From assembly GCA_963840735.1 (NCBI GenBank), contig CAWIZX010000015.1:31537-95536 (forward strand): DNA of 64,000 nt. Reading direction: 5' to 3'. Under the pieces are notes generated by a model that made no database searches, was not told the DNA's origin, and worked only from the letters and a program-made list of their open reading frames with translations. The stretch comes from Terriglobia bacterium (GTDB lineage: Bacteria; Acidobacteriota; Terriglobia; Bryobacterales; Bryobacteraceae). Position 1 is the stretch's first letter; each line of letters begins with the position of its first letter. The translations under genes and the position numbers were made by a program. Shown here in pieces: positions 20,890-31,410 of this stretch.

Positions 20890-22234
20890 GGCTCGCCTGA
20901 CTTTGGGGAGACCAGAAGGTCTTGAACGCCAGCAACAGAATCAGGGAATCCAGCATGGGCGAAAGATTTTCCAGATAATACAGATCGTATTCGAGTTCGA
21001 GCAGAGTGTCATGCCCGTTCTCGCCGGTGTGTACTCTGGCCCATCCCGTGACGCCCGGCTTAACCCGATGCCGCTGTCGGTAAAACGGAATCTGCTCGCT
21101 CAGGCGCTGTACGTACGCTGGCCGTTCAGGCCGCGGGCCCACCATCGACATATGCCCGCGGATCACATTCAGCAACTTCGGCAGAGATGCCAAATGGGAT
21201 CGGGTCAGCCATTTTCCGATCTTCGTATATTGCCCGCTCGCCGTTCGGCAGCGAAATCGGTACAGGGGGAAAGGAATGTCGTGGAGCCCGATGCGTTCTT
21301 CGCTCTCGAGAACAGGGCCGGGGGAACCGGACCGGATCAGAACCGCCGCCGCCACCATGACCGGCGACGCCAGGATCAGCGCTGCATACGCGATTGCCTG
21401 CGAATAGAACCACTGCAGTGTCACGTTCGCCGGACGAGGCTCCAGTGCGTGGGCGAAGATCAGCCGTGACGGCCAGATCTCGGCAGCGCACTTGCGCGCG
21501 AAAAGCCGCTCGTAGAGTCTGCTCGCTTCATCCACCTGCACGCCGCCGAAGCGGAGCGCGAGAAAGTCTCCAACCCACCACGGCCTGATGTCTTCCCGCC
21601 GGCCGATCACAATGGATTCGGGCATGTACTCGTCCAGGATTCCATCGAACTGCGCCATGCTGCCGAGGCGCGTCACAGTTCCCGATACTGCCTCATTGTT
21701 TCCCGTATCGAGATAGCCGATTGTAGTAAGCCCGAACTCCGGATGAGCTTCGAAGTGCCCGGCAAGCTGCACAGCAGTGGGCGACATGCCGAGGAACAGG
21801 ACGCGTTTGGCTGTCGCAACGTTGTCCGCCGCTTTGTCGAACAATATCCGCCAGCCCAAAATCGCCCCGACTGCAAGTACGCTCCCGAGCAGCATGACCT
21901 TGCGCGGAATGATCAGGTCGGGGTCCAGATAGCTGATCAGCCCCTGCCCCATGAATGCGATTCCGAAAATCATGCAAAGGTTCTGGAAGAAATCGATGCG
22001 GTTGGCCACCCGGACTTCGCGGTAGTAATTGCGGAAGAACAAGCCGAGAAAGATGAACGCGGCGACAATCGAGATGCGGATCATCCCGCTTTCGTAAGTC
22101 AGGAAGCCGCTAAGATCCGTAACATCCGGATCGGCCCAGGCCGCCGCAATGTAGCACCCGAACAGCAAGGCCACTTCCGAAGCGAAGAGCGTGAACACAC
22201 GTGCCGGAATCACTATGCTGAAAATGCGGATCAT
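20870..22234 (-). CDS. Bacterial sugar transferase (polyprenyl glycosylphosphotransferase; resembles the PEP-CTERM-locus EpsB type)
   Basis: N-terminus MIRIFSIVIPARVFTLFASEVALL and C-terminal LASPVMVAAAVLIRSGSPGPVLESEERIGLHDIPFPLYRFR...LPKLLNVIRGHMSMVGPRPE...KPGVTGWARV. Confidence 0.85.
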   Translation of the reverse strand: MIRIFSIVIPARVFTLFASEVALLFGCYIAAAWADPDVTDLSGFLTYESGMIRISIVAAFIFLGLFFRNYYREVRVANRIDFFQNLCMIFGIAFMGQGLISYLDPDLIIPRKVMLLGSVLAVGAILGWRILFDKAADNVATAKRVLFLGMSPTAVQLAGHFEAHPEFGLTTIGYLDTGNNEAVSGTVTRLGSMAQFDGILDEYMPESIVIGRREDIRPWWVGDFLALRFGGVQVDEASRLYERLFARKCAAEIWPSRLIFAHALEPRPANVTLQWFYSQAIAYAALILASPVMVAAAVLIRSGSPGPVLESEERIGLHDIPFPLYRFRCRTASGQYTKIGKWLTRSHLASLPKLLNVIRGHMSMVGPRPERPAYVQRLSEQIPFYRQRHRVKPGVTGWARVHTGENGHDTLLELEYDLYYLENLSPMLDSLILLLAFKTFWSPQSQASLSAPLK

Positions 22235-22275
22235 GAATTAGACAAAGGCCGGAACGACCATTCTGGCACGCCGTC

Positions 22276-23115
22276 CTAAGATTCCGACCGCGGCTTCTCG
22301 CAGGAAAGCACCCGCGGAATACCTGCGAGGTCCGGCAGAATTTCGAGGCGGTCCCACCGGCCGGCAAGAGCCCTCACCTTGTCAGCAAGGCCAAACCCCA
22401 GTTCCAAAGCCAGCAATCCGCCCGGCTTCAACACGCGCCAAGCCTCGGGAATCAGCTTCTCATAGACCTCAAGGCCGCATTCGCCGGCAAAAAGAGCCAG
22501 ATGCGGCTCCCAATCCCGGACTTCACGCTGCAATTCTTCGCGATCGCTGAGCGGAACGTAAGGAGGGTTTGAGACCACCACGTCCATCGATCCCGGCGCG
22601 AAGGCGCTCAGCAGGTCGGTTTGAATGAAGCGCACCTGGGCTCCCAGACGCTCCGCGTTGCCCTTGGCTACCGTGAGCGCGGCGCCGGAGACATCACAGG
22701 CATAAAGCGGCGAACCAGGCTGTCCGAGCTTCAGGGCGACAGCGATGGCCCCGGAGCCCGTGCCCACATCGACAATAGCTCCAGCGTCAGCACGCCGCTT
22801 CAACACCGTTTCGACCAGCAATTCGGTTTCAGGGCGCGGGATCAGGACGTCCGGGGTTACACGAAACTCCAACCCGTAAAACTCCTGCCTGCGTGTGATG
22901 TACTGAGTCGGCTTGCCCTTCATGCGCTCGTGCAGGTAGCGTCCGAAGTGAAGCCACTCTACTTCGCGCAATTCCTGTTCCGGGTGCGCATAGAAATAGA
23001 CTCGCTCGCAGTGGACGGCGTGGCCGAGCAGAATCCCGGCCGTGAGTTCTGGCTCAGGAACCCCGGCCTTAGCCAGCAGTTCCGCGCCCTGCGAAAGCGC
23101 GGTGCGAAGCGTCAA
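22276..23115 (-). CDS. prmC: Release-factor glutamine N5-methyltransferase
   Basis: VDVGTGSGAIAVAL (SAM motif I) and VVSNPPYV (NPPY). Lies immediately downstream of prfA. Confidence 0.9.
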   Translation of the reverse strand: MTLRTALSQGAELLAKAGVPEPELTAGILLGHAVHCERVYFYAHPEQELREVEWLHFGRYLHERMKGKPTQYITRRQEFYGLEFRVTPDVLIPRPETELLVETVLKRRADAGAIVDVGTGSGAIAVALKLGQPGSPLYACDVSGAALTVAKGNAERLGAQVRFIQTDLLSAFAPGSMDVVVSNPPYVPLSDREELQREVRDWEPHLALFAGECGLEVYEKLIPEAWRVLKPGGLLALELGFGLADKVRALAGRWDRLEILPDLAGIPRVLSCEKPRSES

Positions 23116-23119
23116 CCTC

Positions 23120-24208
23120 TTAGGCGGCGGCGCCTTCAGCGCCTTCTCTTTGCATCTTCTCCGCCTGATAGTGCTGCGTCAGAGCGTCGAAAATTGCATC
23201 CAGCTTCCCATCCATAATCAGATCCAATTGATGCAGCGTCAGGCCGATGCGGTGATCTGTCAGGCGGTTCTGGGGAAAGTTATAAGTGCGGATTTTTTCG
23301 CTGCGGTCGCCCGTGCCCACCATGCTCTTACGCTCGGCGCCGATTGCGGCCTGCTGCTTCTCGAGCTCGATTTCATACAGCCGCGACCGCAACACCCGCA
23401 TTGCTTTCGCACGGTTTTTGATCTGCGACTTTTCGTCCTGGCACGACACGATCACGCCTGTCGGCAGGTGCGTGATGCGTACGGCGGAATAGGTGGTGTT
23501 CACCGACTGTCCGCCCGGCCCGGACGAACAAAACGTGTCGATCCGGATGTCTTTCTCTTCCACCTTGATTTCCACTTCATCGGCCTCGGGCAATACTGCC
23601 ACGGTCACGGCTGACGTGTGTACACGGCCCTGTTGTTCGGTCGCCGGAACCCGCTGGACACGATGCACGCCGCTTTCGTACTTCAAACGGCTGTAAACAT
23701 GGTCACCGCTGACCAGCGCGAGAACTTCTTTCAGTCCGCCGACCGCTGACTCGCTCGACGAAGTGACTTCCACTTTCCAGCGATGCGTTTCCGCGTAGCG
23801 CACATACATGCGGAAGACTTCCGCCGCGAACAGGCTCGCCTCATCCCCGCCGGTACCCGCGCGGATTTCCAGCACGCAATCCTTTTCATCGAGAGGATCT
23901 TTGGGCAGCAGCAGGATTTTCAGGTCTTGTTCGATTTGTGCCAGCTCTGGCTCCAGCCGTTCGATCTCAAGCGTGGCAAGCTCCCGCATATCCGGATCGG
24001 ACTCGGCGAGCATTGCCTTTGCCTGTTCGAGCTGACCCGCGCCCTGCTTGTAATCCCGATATTTCGCAATGATCGGAGAAAGATCGCTGTGTGCTTTGGA
24101 GACTTTTCTGTACAGGTCGCCGTCGCTGATGACCGCGTGATCGGCCATCTGGGCGTTCAGTTCGTTAAAGCGCGCTTCGATCTGTTCCAGCTTTTTCGAA
24201 TATTGCAT
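23120..24208 (-). CDS. prfA: Peptide chain release factor 1. Here it is in frame with, and not separated by a stop from, the upstream DUF1385 ORF.
   Basis: [18 protein letters not shown]..., [13 protein letters not shown] (PxT-type motif), [12 protein letters not shown] (GGQ). The internal Met at 24208 gives a 362-aa RF1. Confidence 0.92.
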   Translation of the reverse strand: MQYSKKLEQIEARFNELNAQMADHAVISDGDLYRKVSKAHSDLSPIIAKYRDYKQGAGQLEQAKAMLAESDPDMRELATLEIERLEPELAQIEQDLKILLLPKDPLDEKDCVLEIRAGTGGDEASLFAAEVFRMYVRYAETHRWKVEVTSSSESAVGGLKEVLALVSGDHVYSRLKYESGVHRVQRVPATEQQGRVHTSAVTVAVLPEADEVEIKVEEKDIRIDTFCSSGPGGQSVNTTYSAVRITHLPTGVIVSCQDEKSQIKNRAKAMRVLRSRLYEIELEKQQAAIGAERKSMVGTGDRSEKIRTYNFPQNRLTDHRIGLTLHQLDLIMDGKLDAIFDALTQHYQAEKMQREGAEGAAA

Positions 24209-25186
24209 TTGGCTCAGGCGATCACCAGCTGCGCCGCCCTGTCGGCTTTCGAGCGACATTGCCCCGTCCAGCGCCCGAATGGCAACCTCGGCCTGTTCGT
24301 CGGTCGGCTGTTTAGTGGTGATCCGCTGAGTCCACAAACCCGGCGCTGTCAGCAGCGACATAAAAGACCCCTGCCGCTTTGCGGCGAACCGGATCATTTC
24401 ATAACTCAGCCCCGTGATCACGGGCAACATAATCACGCGCAATGCCAGCTTAGCCGCGAACGTATGCACCGGAAAAAACATGTAGACGACCATTGACAGC
24501 AGCATGATGACGAACATAAAGCTCGTTCCGCAGCGGGGATGGAAGGTGACAAAACTCTGCGCATTCTCCACGTTCACCGGCTTGCCCGATTCGAAATTGA
24601 ACACAACTTTGTGCTCAGCTCCGTGATACTCGAACACGCGTCTAATGTCTTTCGTCCGCGAGATGAGGAACAGAAAACCCACGAAAATCGCGAGGCGAAT
24701 CAATCCGTCCACCAGGTTGAAGAGAATTTGCCCTTTCAGCGCCGGCGCCCAGTTCGAAAGATACTCGGCCAGCTTCAAAGGCACCAGCTTGTACAGCACG
24801 ATGAAAAACAGAATTGAGAAAATCACCTGCCCTGTCATCATCCATGACGAAACTTCGGGTTTCGCGGCGCTCCCGTCATCGAGAGCGGCATTTGCCGAGA
24901 ACCGGAGCGCTTTCATGCCCAGCGACATCGCCTGCCCCAGCACGCCCAGTCCGCGCAGTACCGGCCAGCGGAAGAAGCTGTATTTCTCAGACATGCGCGG
25001 GACCGGCATGTCCTCGGTCACAACTTCGCCTGTCGGCTTCCGCACGGCGACGCAATAGCTGTGCGGCGCGCGCATCATGACGCCTTCCATTACCGCCTGA
25101 CCGCCGACGAGGGTCTCTTCCCCGCTTTCGAGGATCGGCAGCATCTGAACGTGCAGGAAAAGTCGAACAAAACTACGGATGGACAA
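24209..25186 (-). CDS. DUF1385 (YqhQ-like) membrane protein; the ORF reads through into prfA
   Basis: [16 protein letters not shown]...YHGAEHKVV...HPRCGTSF, typical of DUF1385. No stop codon before the prfA Met. An alternative frame has a TGA 9 nt upstream of that Met. Confidence 0.75.
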
Positions 25187-25382
25187 ATATTTACCTCGGA
25201 CTTACCTAGTATATCTTCGATGCGAAAACGTAACATCCGGTTCCGCAGGGTGCCTTCGAGCTGTTTAGTCCAGCGAGGTCATTTCGCAATACGAAACCGG
25301 CCTCGCCCGGAAGTGAACCTTTGCGTCCGTCGAGCGAAGGTTATACGATACTGCACATCATTCAGTTTTGCGGAGTACCTAA

Positions 25383-28300
25383 ATGAAGCTTTGCCACGTT
25401 GCAGTCATCCTCCTCCTTTCCACTGCCGAAGTGTTCGGTCAGACCAACAGGGGCGGCATTACCGGGACGGTTGAAGATGCGTCCGGCTCCGTCGTGCCGG
25501 GTGCCATCGTAACTATTAAAAACAGCGGTACCAACCAGGAGAGCAGGGTTAAGACATCCCAGTCCGGCGCCTTCACCGTATCGAATCTCGACCCTGTAAC
25601 CTACAGCGTCACGGCCGAGGCGCCCGGCTTCAGGAAAGAGGTAGTCGAAGGCGTAAAAGTCGATACGGCATCGATCGAAACCGTGAACATTAAGCTGCAG
25701 GCCGGGAATGTTTCTTCGAGTATTGAGGTGCAGGCCAGTTCGGCGATGGTGAACACGGAGTCGGGAACCACGAGCAGCACTGTTACGCAGCGCGAAATTC
25801 AGGATCTTCCGCTTGTGAACCGGAGCGTCCTCGATCTGGCGATGACGCTGCCGAACGTTTCGGGCGATGCGGGCAGCGAAAACCCGGTTCTCGCGAGCAT
25901 CACCACTTGCCCCGGCTGCAACCTCAGCGTGAATGGAGGACGCCCGCTGAGCACCCAGTTCCTCGCCGACGGCGCGAACAACACGGGAGTGAGCCTCTCC
26001 CGCACGATGGTGAGTTTCTCTCCGGAAACCGTCCAGGAATTCACCGTGCAGACCACTGCATACTCGGCTGAGTACGGCACTTCCGGTGGTGGAATTATCA
26101 ATGCGACCACCCGTTCCGGCACCAACCAGCTCAACGGCACTGTTCTCTGGTACAACCGCAATCCCGACGTTGCCGCCGCGCCGTTCACCCTTGCGACTAC
26201 TCACCGCTCCCCTTCCACACTCAAGTACAACCAGTTCTCGCTCGCCGCCGGCGGCCCGGTTTACATCCCCAAGATTTACGATGGCAGGAACAAGACGTTC
26301 TGGTTCGCCGCATATGAACCAAATTACCGGCGCGATTTTCTGGCGCAGGACGCGCTCGTCCCCACCGATGCCCAACGGCAGGGCGATTGGAGCAATACCG
26401 TTCTCACTTCGAGCGGCACTCTTCCCGCCAGCGTAGCGAGTCAGTTTGGACAAGCCAGTACTGGCGATGCAACCATTTACAACCAGTATTCAGTGGTCGC
26501 CGGGAATCAGTTCGTCTCGCTACCCGCACCTGCCGCGGGGAAAACCTATGCGCCGTTCCCCGGCAACATCATCCCGCAGTCGCTGCTGGACCCGGTTTAC
26601 CTGAAATCGCTCAAGTACTATGCGCCTGCGGGGGATTTCTATCTGAACGGCGCGGGCACCGTATCGAACCTCTATAATCCCCGGCTTCTGCGATCTGACG
26701 AGAAGCGCTTCACCATGAAGATCGATGAACTGTTCACCGCCGCGGATCACGTGAGCTTCCGGTACACATCGACCCCGATCATCAAGACCCAATACACGCC
26801 GATCACCCCGACGTCAGACAACGCCGATTACAGCTACGCAAAACAGGCGCTGCTGGACTATTCGCGCATCGTTTCGCCAACGATTGTCAACGACTTCCGC
26901 TTCAATTACACGCGCGGCAACTTCAGCAATACGACCGCGCCCGAATATGACCCGTTCACCGGCGTCAACCTGAACAAGGAACTCGGACTGCCGAATATCC
27001 TGCCCGGTGGGCTGCCGGCTTTGCCCACCACCGGCGGCCAGGGTTCGACCGAAAACCAGGACCATGAAGACCGCTATGGGCTCACCAACATCGTTTACAT
27101 CACGAAGGGCAAGATGAGCATCAAGATTGGCGGTGACGTTTCAAAGGCTCTCCAGAACATATTGCCGCTCTACGGGGCCATCGGCGGTGTCTATGCCTTT
27201 TCCGCCAACCAGACGAACCAGAACGGGGGCACTACGGCGAACACGGGCGGCAACAGCTTCGCCTCGTTTGAACTGGGCGTGCCGAACGGGATCACCTTCC
27301 GCACGGCGACCATCCCGTATTACTACCGCTGGTGGAGCGGCGACGGCTTCGTACAGGATGACTGGAAGATAAAACCGAACCTTACGGTGAATCTGGGCAT
27401 TCGGTACAACCTCGAAATGCCGCGAACGGAAAAGTACGACAATCAGGGCGTTTTTCGTCCGGACCTTGCCAAATCCTTCGCGCTCACGACTCCAATGGCG
27501 CTGCAGGATGGCACCACGCTGAGTTCCGTGCTTGTTCCGCCTTTTGCTTACGCGGGCCGGGGAGGCAATTCGAGGTATCTGACGCCGCCCGATTACAAAG
27601 ACTTCGAGCCGCGCTTCGGATTCGCGTGGACCCCCGCTCTGCTGGCGGACCACCGCGTCGTGATTCGCGGCGGATATGGCATGTCACACGCACCTGTCAG
27701 CGGCGCCAATCGCCTGCCTTCGCCCGATTTCGGAGCGACGAGCGGAGCCTGGAGCCCCACTACCGGACAGACAAACCCGAACTACATCCTTCGGCTCGGG
27801 GCGAATCCCCCGGTTGTGAATCTTCTAACGCCGGCTCAGGCAGTCGGCGCACCGGCCGACGGTCTGCTCTACTTCAACTCCACAAACAGCAGCCTCGCAT
27901 CACCCGGAGGAGGCTATGCCGTGTCGAACAACTATCACACGCCGTACGCTCAGAACTGGAATTTCACCATCTCGTGGCAGGCCAATCCATCCACTTCGAT
28001 TGAGCTCTCTTATGTGGGCTCGAAGGGAACTCATCTGTTTGAGCCACGCGAGAACCTGAATCCGCGCAGTTTCAGTCTTGTGACCGCGCAAGTGGCGCAG
28101 AACGTAAACACCACTACGGCTTCAATCCCTGACCCGCTCGGCCGCGTGGGCACGAACGGCAAAGTTATCAATGTTCAGCCCGGCAGCCTTGGCAGCCTCT
28201 ATGCGGGCTTCCCCAGCCTGTATCTTGTTTACGATTCTTCCGCCAACAGTCACAGGGAAGCAGGGTACATCAGCATCGTTCACCGGGGTCACTACGGCCT

Positions 28301-29327
28301 GATGTTCACATCCAATTACACCTGGGGAAAATCGATTGACGACGCTTCGAGCAGCGGTGGCGATAAGAACGTTCTCACCAACGTTGGCGGACAGGTGGAT
28401 GGTCAGGTGGCGCTCGGCGCCTCACGCAGCAATGACCGCTCCGTATCGAGTTACGATCAGCGGCACGTCTTCAACAGCTCAGTGATCTACGATCTTCCGT
28501 TTGGATCCGGCCGCAAGTTCCTCGCTCACGCGTGGAGGCCTGTCGAGTGGGTGGCCGGCGGCTGGACCACAACCGGTATCATTCACGTCAACGGGGGCTT
28601 TCCCGCCACCGTAACGATGTCGGACAGCAACCTCCTGGGCGATCCTTCCGAGACGCACACGATCCGCCCCAACATTGTTCCGGGCGTGCCGCTCGTCAAT
28701 CCGTTGTTCAGCATGAACTGCCCAATCGGCAACACCTGCCAGCCGTACCTGAACCCTTCCGCGTTCGAACGGCCCCCGCTCGGCCAGTTAGGCAATGCGC
28801 CCAGAACTCTCGATGGCGCCCGTGGTCCCTGGGCGCAATTGTTCGATTTATCGGTCCAGAAGGACTTTCGCATCGGGGAAGGAAAGCGCCGGCTTCAGTT
28901 CCGTGCCGACTTCCTGAACGCCTTGAACCACCCGGTCTTCCGCACCTTCCCCAACAACAACGGAGGGACCGACCTGATGGGCGCACCCAGCACCACCACG
29001 CTTTCAACGGCCTCATACAACACATGGGCAACGGCTAACAATCAGCCCGCCTACAGCACCGCTGCCGGCACCGCGCTGTACAACCAGATTGTCGCCAATG
29101 TGAACAGCTACAGAAACAGCGCCGGCGTGCTGCCCGCGAACTTCTACAGCGTCCCGCTGCCCGCGAATTTCTACGGAACAACCGCGAACTCTTTCAACAT
29201 CACGACGACGGACGGTTATAAGCTCTACCAGTTGCGCAATGCCTATAACACCGGCTTCGGCCAGTTATACAATCCGCCGAGCAATGGACCGCGCTACATC
29301 CAGTTCGGTCTGAAGCTTTATTTTTAG
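25383..29327 (+). CDS. TonB-dependent receptor with an N-terminal carboxypeptidase-regulatory-like domain
   Basis: Signal peptide, then ITGTVEDASGSVVPGAIVTIKN...PGF (CarboxypepD_reg), a plug-like region (REIQDLPLVNRSVLDLAMTLPNVSG), and a long beta-barrel ending in a terminal aromatic residue (LKLYF). 1314 aa, intact. Confidence 0.88.
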   Translation: MKLCHVAVILLLSTAEVFGQTNRGGITGTVEDASGSVVPGAIVTIKNSGTNQESRVKTSQSGAFTVSNLDPVTYSVTAEAPGFRKEVVEGVKVDTASIETVNIKLQAGNVSSSIEVQASSAMVNTESGTTSSTVTQREIQDLPLVNRSVLDLAMTLPNVSGDAGSENPVLASITTCPGCNLSVNGGRPLSTQFLADGANNTGVSLSRTMVSFSPETVQEFTVQTTAYSAEYGTSGGGIINATTRSGTNQLNGTVLWYNRNPDVAAAPFTLATTHRSPSTLKYNQFSLAAGGPVYIPKIYDGRNKTFWFAAYEPNYRRDFLAQDALVPTDAQRQGDWSNTVLTSSGTLPASVASQFGQASTGDATIYNQYSVVAGNQFVSLPAPAAGKTYAPFPGNIIPQSLLDPVYLKSLKYYAPAGDFYLNGAGTVSNLYNPRLLRSDEKRFTMKIDELFTAADHVSFRYTSTPIIKTQYTPITPTSDNADYSYAKQALLDYSRIVSPTIVNDFRFNYTRGNFSNTTAPEYDPFTGVNLNKELGLPNILPGGLPALPTTGGQGSTENQDHEDRYGLTNIVYITKGKMSIKIGGDVSKALQNILPLYGAIGGVYAFSANQTNQNGGTTANTGGNSFASFELGVPNGITFRTATIPYYYRWWSGDGFVQDDWKIKPNLTVNLGIRYNLEMPRTEKYDNQGVFRPDLAKSFALTTPMALQDGTTLSSVLVPPFAYAGRGGNSRYLTPPDYKDFEPRFGFAWTPALLADHRVVIRGGYGMSHAPVSGANRLPSPDFGATSGAWSPTTGQTNPNYILRLGANPPVVNLLTPAQAVGAPADGLLYFNSTNSSLASPGGGYAVSNNYHTPYAQNWNFTISWQANPSTSIELSYVGSKGTHLFEPRENLNPRSFSLVTAQVAQNVNTTTASIPDPLGRVGTNGKVINVQPGSLGSLYAGFPSLYLVYDSSANSHREAGYISIVHRGHYGLMFTSNYTWGKSIDDASSSGGDKNVLTNVGGQVDGQVALGASRSNDRSVSSYDQRHVFNSSVIYDLPFGSGRKFLAHAWRPVEWVAGGWTTTGIIHVNGGFPATVTMSDSNLLGDPSETHTIRPNIVPGVPLVNPLFSMNCPIGNTCQPYLNPSAFERPPLGQLGNAPRTLDGARGPWAQLFDLSVQKDFRIGEGKRRLQFRADFLNALNHPVFRTFPNNNGGTDLMGAPSTTTLSTASYNTWATANNQPAYSTAAGTALYNQIVANVNSYRNSAGVLPANFYSVPLPANFYGTTANSFNITTTDGYKLYQLRNAYNTGFGQLYNPPSNGPRYIQFGLKLYF

Positions 29328-29344
29328 AGCGGGCGGTCAGCAAC

Positions 29345-31410
29345 TCAGCCGGCCTGGCTTTCGTTCAGTATCCGGTAAATCTGCGCGCCGTACTTCTCGA
29401 CCGACTGTATCCCTATACCCGGGATCGCGAGCAACTGCGCCGCGGTTCTCGGCTTCTTCTCGGCAATGGTGGTCAGCACCTTGTCGCTCATAATCCGGAA
29501 CGCAGGGACCGCCTGCCGTTTCGCCAGACTTAGCCGCCAGGCGCGCAGCATCTCCTCCGCGCGTCCACTCGGAGCCGGAGGAGCGAGCGGCGTCCGCTCC
29601 CGCTTCCTGCCCGCTCCGGTTGCCGCGCGCTTCTTGCGCTCGGAGCTTCGCAACGGGAGCAACTTCCTTGATCTGCAGCCCCAGCGAAGCGTCCTCTTCC
29701 ACGAAATCCGAATCGCGGGTGCGCGTCGCCTTCCGAAACGGAATCTGCTTGCCGTCCTTCTCAAAAACGGCCTCGGTCAGCTTCACCAGAGCCGACCGGG
29801 CCAGCGCGCCCATCACTTCTTCAAACGCGTCGCGCGTCAACTCGCCGCGCGGGCAAAGGTCGGAATGCATCTTCCCAACCGACCTGCCCCCCGTCATCCC
29901 GTCGAGCGCATCCAGAATCTTCCGCGCCATTGCTTCTTCCTGATCCGTGGCCGCGCGGAATCTCTGCGCGATGCAGCTGTCCGGCGCGCAAAAATCGCAA
30001 ATCCCGCACGATTTTTGCCCGTCAGCCACATCGCCAAAATGCCGGATCAGACTCGACATGCGGCACTGGCTGCTCTGCGAATACCGGATCATCTGCTCAA
30101 TCTGCGCCCGCTTCTGGTCGCCCTGCGCGATATACGAATCGCGCCAGTCCGCGCGGCCGAGGCTCACGTTGTCCGATGAATCGACCATCGCGCCGCCGTG
30201 CGTCCAGAGCTTCTCCAGCGCCTTCTCGAACACGTCGCCGGGGATGCGGCTCATCTTTTGCAGCGCGCCGCGCTCGATCGGGTCCCGCACGTAATGTCCG
30301 GAAGATCTGATCGAGCAGCAGCACCTCCGGGTAATCCCGCTCGAAGAAGAAGTCGTGGGTATAACGGTCGGCATAAGACTGCATCAGGATCGCCCGGCTG
30401 GGCAGCCCGTCGCGGCCCGCGCGCCCGATTTCCTGGTAATAAGCCTCAATGCTTCCCGGCAATGCCGTATGGATCACAGACCGGATGTTCGACTTGTCGA
30501 TCCCCATTCCGAACGCAATCGTCGCAACAATGACCTCGGTCTTCCCCGACATGAAATCCTGCTGAACGCGCCGCCGCCGCTCGGCATCGAGGCCCGCATG
30601 ATAAACGGCGGTGGGGAAATCGGCGCCAAGAAGTTCCGCCACGCTTTCCGCCTGCTTGCGGCTTGGCGTGTAAACAATAGCCGGACGGCAGTCCGGATCG
30701 AGCAGAATTTCACGCGCAAGTCCGGGCCGTTGTGACGGACCGATCTCCACCACCTCAATCGCGATATTCTCGCGCCGAAAGCCATGAATGAAACTGGCGC
30801 ATTGGTCAAGGCCGAGCTGGTCCCGGATATCCTTCTGCACCATGCCTGTAGCCGTCGCCGTGAGCGCCACCACAGGCGCGGGGCGCAGCGTAGGCAGATA
30901 GCGGCCCAGCAGCCGGTAGTCCGGACGGAAATCGTGCCCCCATTGCGAGATGCAATGCGCTTCATCGATGGCGATCAGCGACGGCTTCCGGCGCGCCAGC
31001 ATCTCCGGGAAACCGGCCACCCGCAGGCGTTCGGGGGCGATAAACAGGAACTGCAGTTTGCCGCTCAGGTAATCGATACAGACCTGCCGCGAAGCCGCCC
31101 TGTCCCGTCCGGAATGAATACACTCAACCGCGAACCCCAACTGCCTCAACTTTGCGAACTGATCTTCCATCAGCGCAATCAACGGGCTGATGACCAGCGT
31201 CGTGCCGCCGCGTGCAACACCCGGAAGCTGATAGCAAAGTGACTTCCCCGCTCCTGTCGGCATCACCAGCAACACATCGCGGCCCTCGATCACCGCCTGA
31301 CACACCTCTTCCTGATTCGCCCGGAAAGCCGTAAAGCCAAACAGCCGGTGCAGAATTTCGGACGCGGGTTCATTTTCCAGGGCCTGCGTTCTTGTAGTGC
31401 ATCGCTTTGT
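29345..31410 (-). CDS. recQ: ATP-dependent DNA helicase RecQ. At least two frame changes (about 30298 and about 29640). The start is unresolved.
   Basis: [65 protein letters not shown], a Zn-finger CGICDFC, and an HRDC-like C-terminus ([31 protein letters not shown]). Pieces lie in ORFs 30097..31305, 29337..30374 and 29345..29764. No canonical start in frame upstream of [10 protein letters not shown]. Confidence 0.9.

Noticed and set aside
22258-22280. Possible sigma-54 promoter (TGGCAC at about 22263)
   Set aside because: The required TTGC element at the -12 spacing is absent (TGGCACGCCGTCCTAAG). Other TGGCAC occurrences, for example at about 16025 and about 58243, are likewise unpaired.
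23120-24208. Programmed +1 frameshift of a release-factor gene
   Set aside because: The gene is RF1 (PxT-type motif), not RF2. It is a single continuous frame with no internal stop.
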